Virus record (IMG/VR): IMGVR_UViG_2920580016_000003
Span: 12,918 to 76,917 of that record
From: a virus
Taxonomy: Duplodnaviria > Caudoviricetes
Length of the DNA: 64,000 bases
Strand: one strand, 5' to 3'
Part shown: one piece after another, positions 63,663-64,000 of the stretch
Layout: each line of letters begins with the position of its first letter
How positions within the stretch are numbered: the first letter of the stretch is position 1
Position numbers and translations under genes: made by a program
Notes under the pieces: model-generated
Seen by the model: the letters and a program-made list of their open reading frames with translations, nothing else
Database searches by the model: none
What the model was told of the DNA's origin: nothing

Positions 63663-63772
63663 GATGATGGTTGTCCCTTCGCTCGTGCTGGTGGTCGGGA
63701 CATGCGGAAGCTGGCGACCTCGGTCTGGGCGGATGGGGGTCGCCTTTCGCATGTCAGGGGAGATCGCGCGCA

Positions 63773-64000
63773 TCAGACCGCGACCTCGTCAGGCTCGGCG
63801 CCCCACTTCGGCGCAGCCAGCAGCGCCTCCACGAACGCGCGAGGAACCTGCTTCTTGCTACGCACAGGAACGTGGGGGAACTCGCCAGCTTCGACAGCGC
63901 GGCGGACAGTGATGGGCGAGACGCCGAGAATCTCGGCAACCTCAGGGATGGGCAACGCCTGACGGCGATCCGGCGTGATCTCAACGCTCTTGCGGCTCAC
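63773..64000 (-). CDS. Excisionase-like HTH protein (start at window edge)
   Basis: ALPIPEVAEILGVSPITVRRAVEAGEFPHVPVRSKKQVP. Confidence 0.85.
   Translation of the reverse strand: MSRKSVEITPDRRQALPIPEVAEILGVSPITVRRAVEAGEFPHVPVRSKKQVPRAFVEALLAAPKWGAEPDEVAV

Larger units (their letters stand above)
54389..64000 (-). mobile_element. AICE/plasmid-type conjugative transfer module (continues beyond window)
   Basis: Co-oriented - strand operon: Xis-like HTH, SsgA-like, Spd/Tra-like membrane proteins, TraB/FtsK ATPase, WhiB remnant. Confidence 0.8.

Noticed and set aside
1-64000. CRISPR array, rRNA or tRNA genes
   Set aside because: No regularly spaced repeat-spacer units and no cloverleaf found by eye; the GGTTCGAAT at 11251 lies inside the HNH coding sequence without tRNA stems.
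1-64000. Many long overlapping Arg/Pro/Ala-rich ORFs in the six-frame track (e.g. 2925-4175, 9412-10551 minus, 28683-30416 minus, 32525-34546 minus, 5' part of 41913-45326)
   Set aside because: Shadow frames of real genes in high-GC DNA; no RBS, no motifs, wrong codon bias.

Overview
High-GC actinobacterial DNA, probably a filamentous actinomycete (inferred from WhiB, SsgA-like and lamin-tail genes). Bases 1 to ~52,900 are a largely intact long-tailed (siphovirus-type) temperate phage on the + strand, whose left end lies outside the window. The early region has WhiB, MazG, a DnaN clamp, three DNA methyltransferase ORFs, a Prim-Pol/helicase with a candidate origin, a displaced TerS-like gene, an HNH nuclease and a Xer-like tyrosine recombinase with a res-like site. 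An unusual ~8.5 kb block of fibre/appendage-like genes sits before TerL. Portal-MuF, protease/scaffold, capsid, tail, tape measure, tail tip and a CHAP endolysin/holin cassette follow. After a short accessory stretch (two lamin-tail-domain secreted proteins, a conserved membrane protein), bases ~54,400-64,000 are a convergent - strand operon resembling the transfer module of actinomycete integrative conjugative elements or plasmids (TraB/FtsK translocase, Spd/Tra-like proteins, SsgA-like protein, WhiB remnant, Xis-like HTH), with no replication gene or integrase of its own in the window. No tRNA, rRNA, CRISPR array or att site was recognised. The leading hypothesis, untested, is a single conjugative phage or phage-plasmid with its own multimer-resolution system. 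All family assignments come from motif recognition by eye, not database searches.
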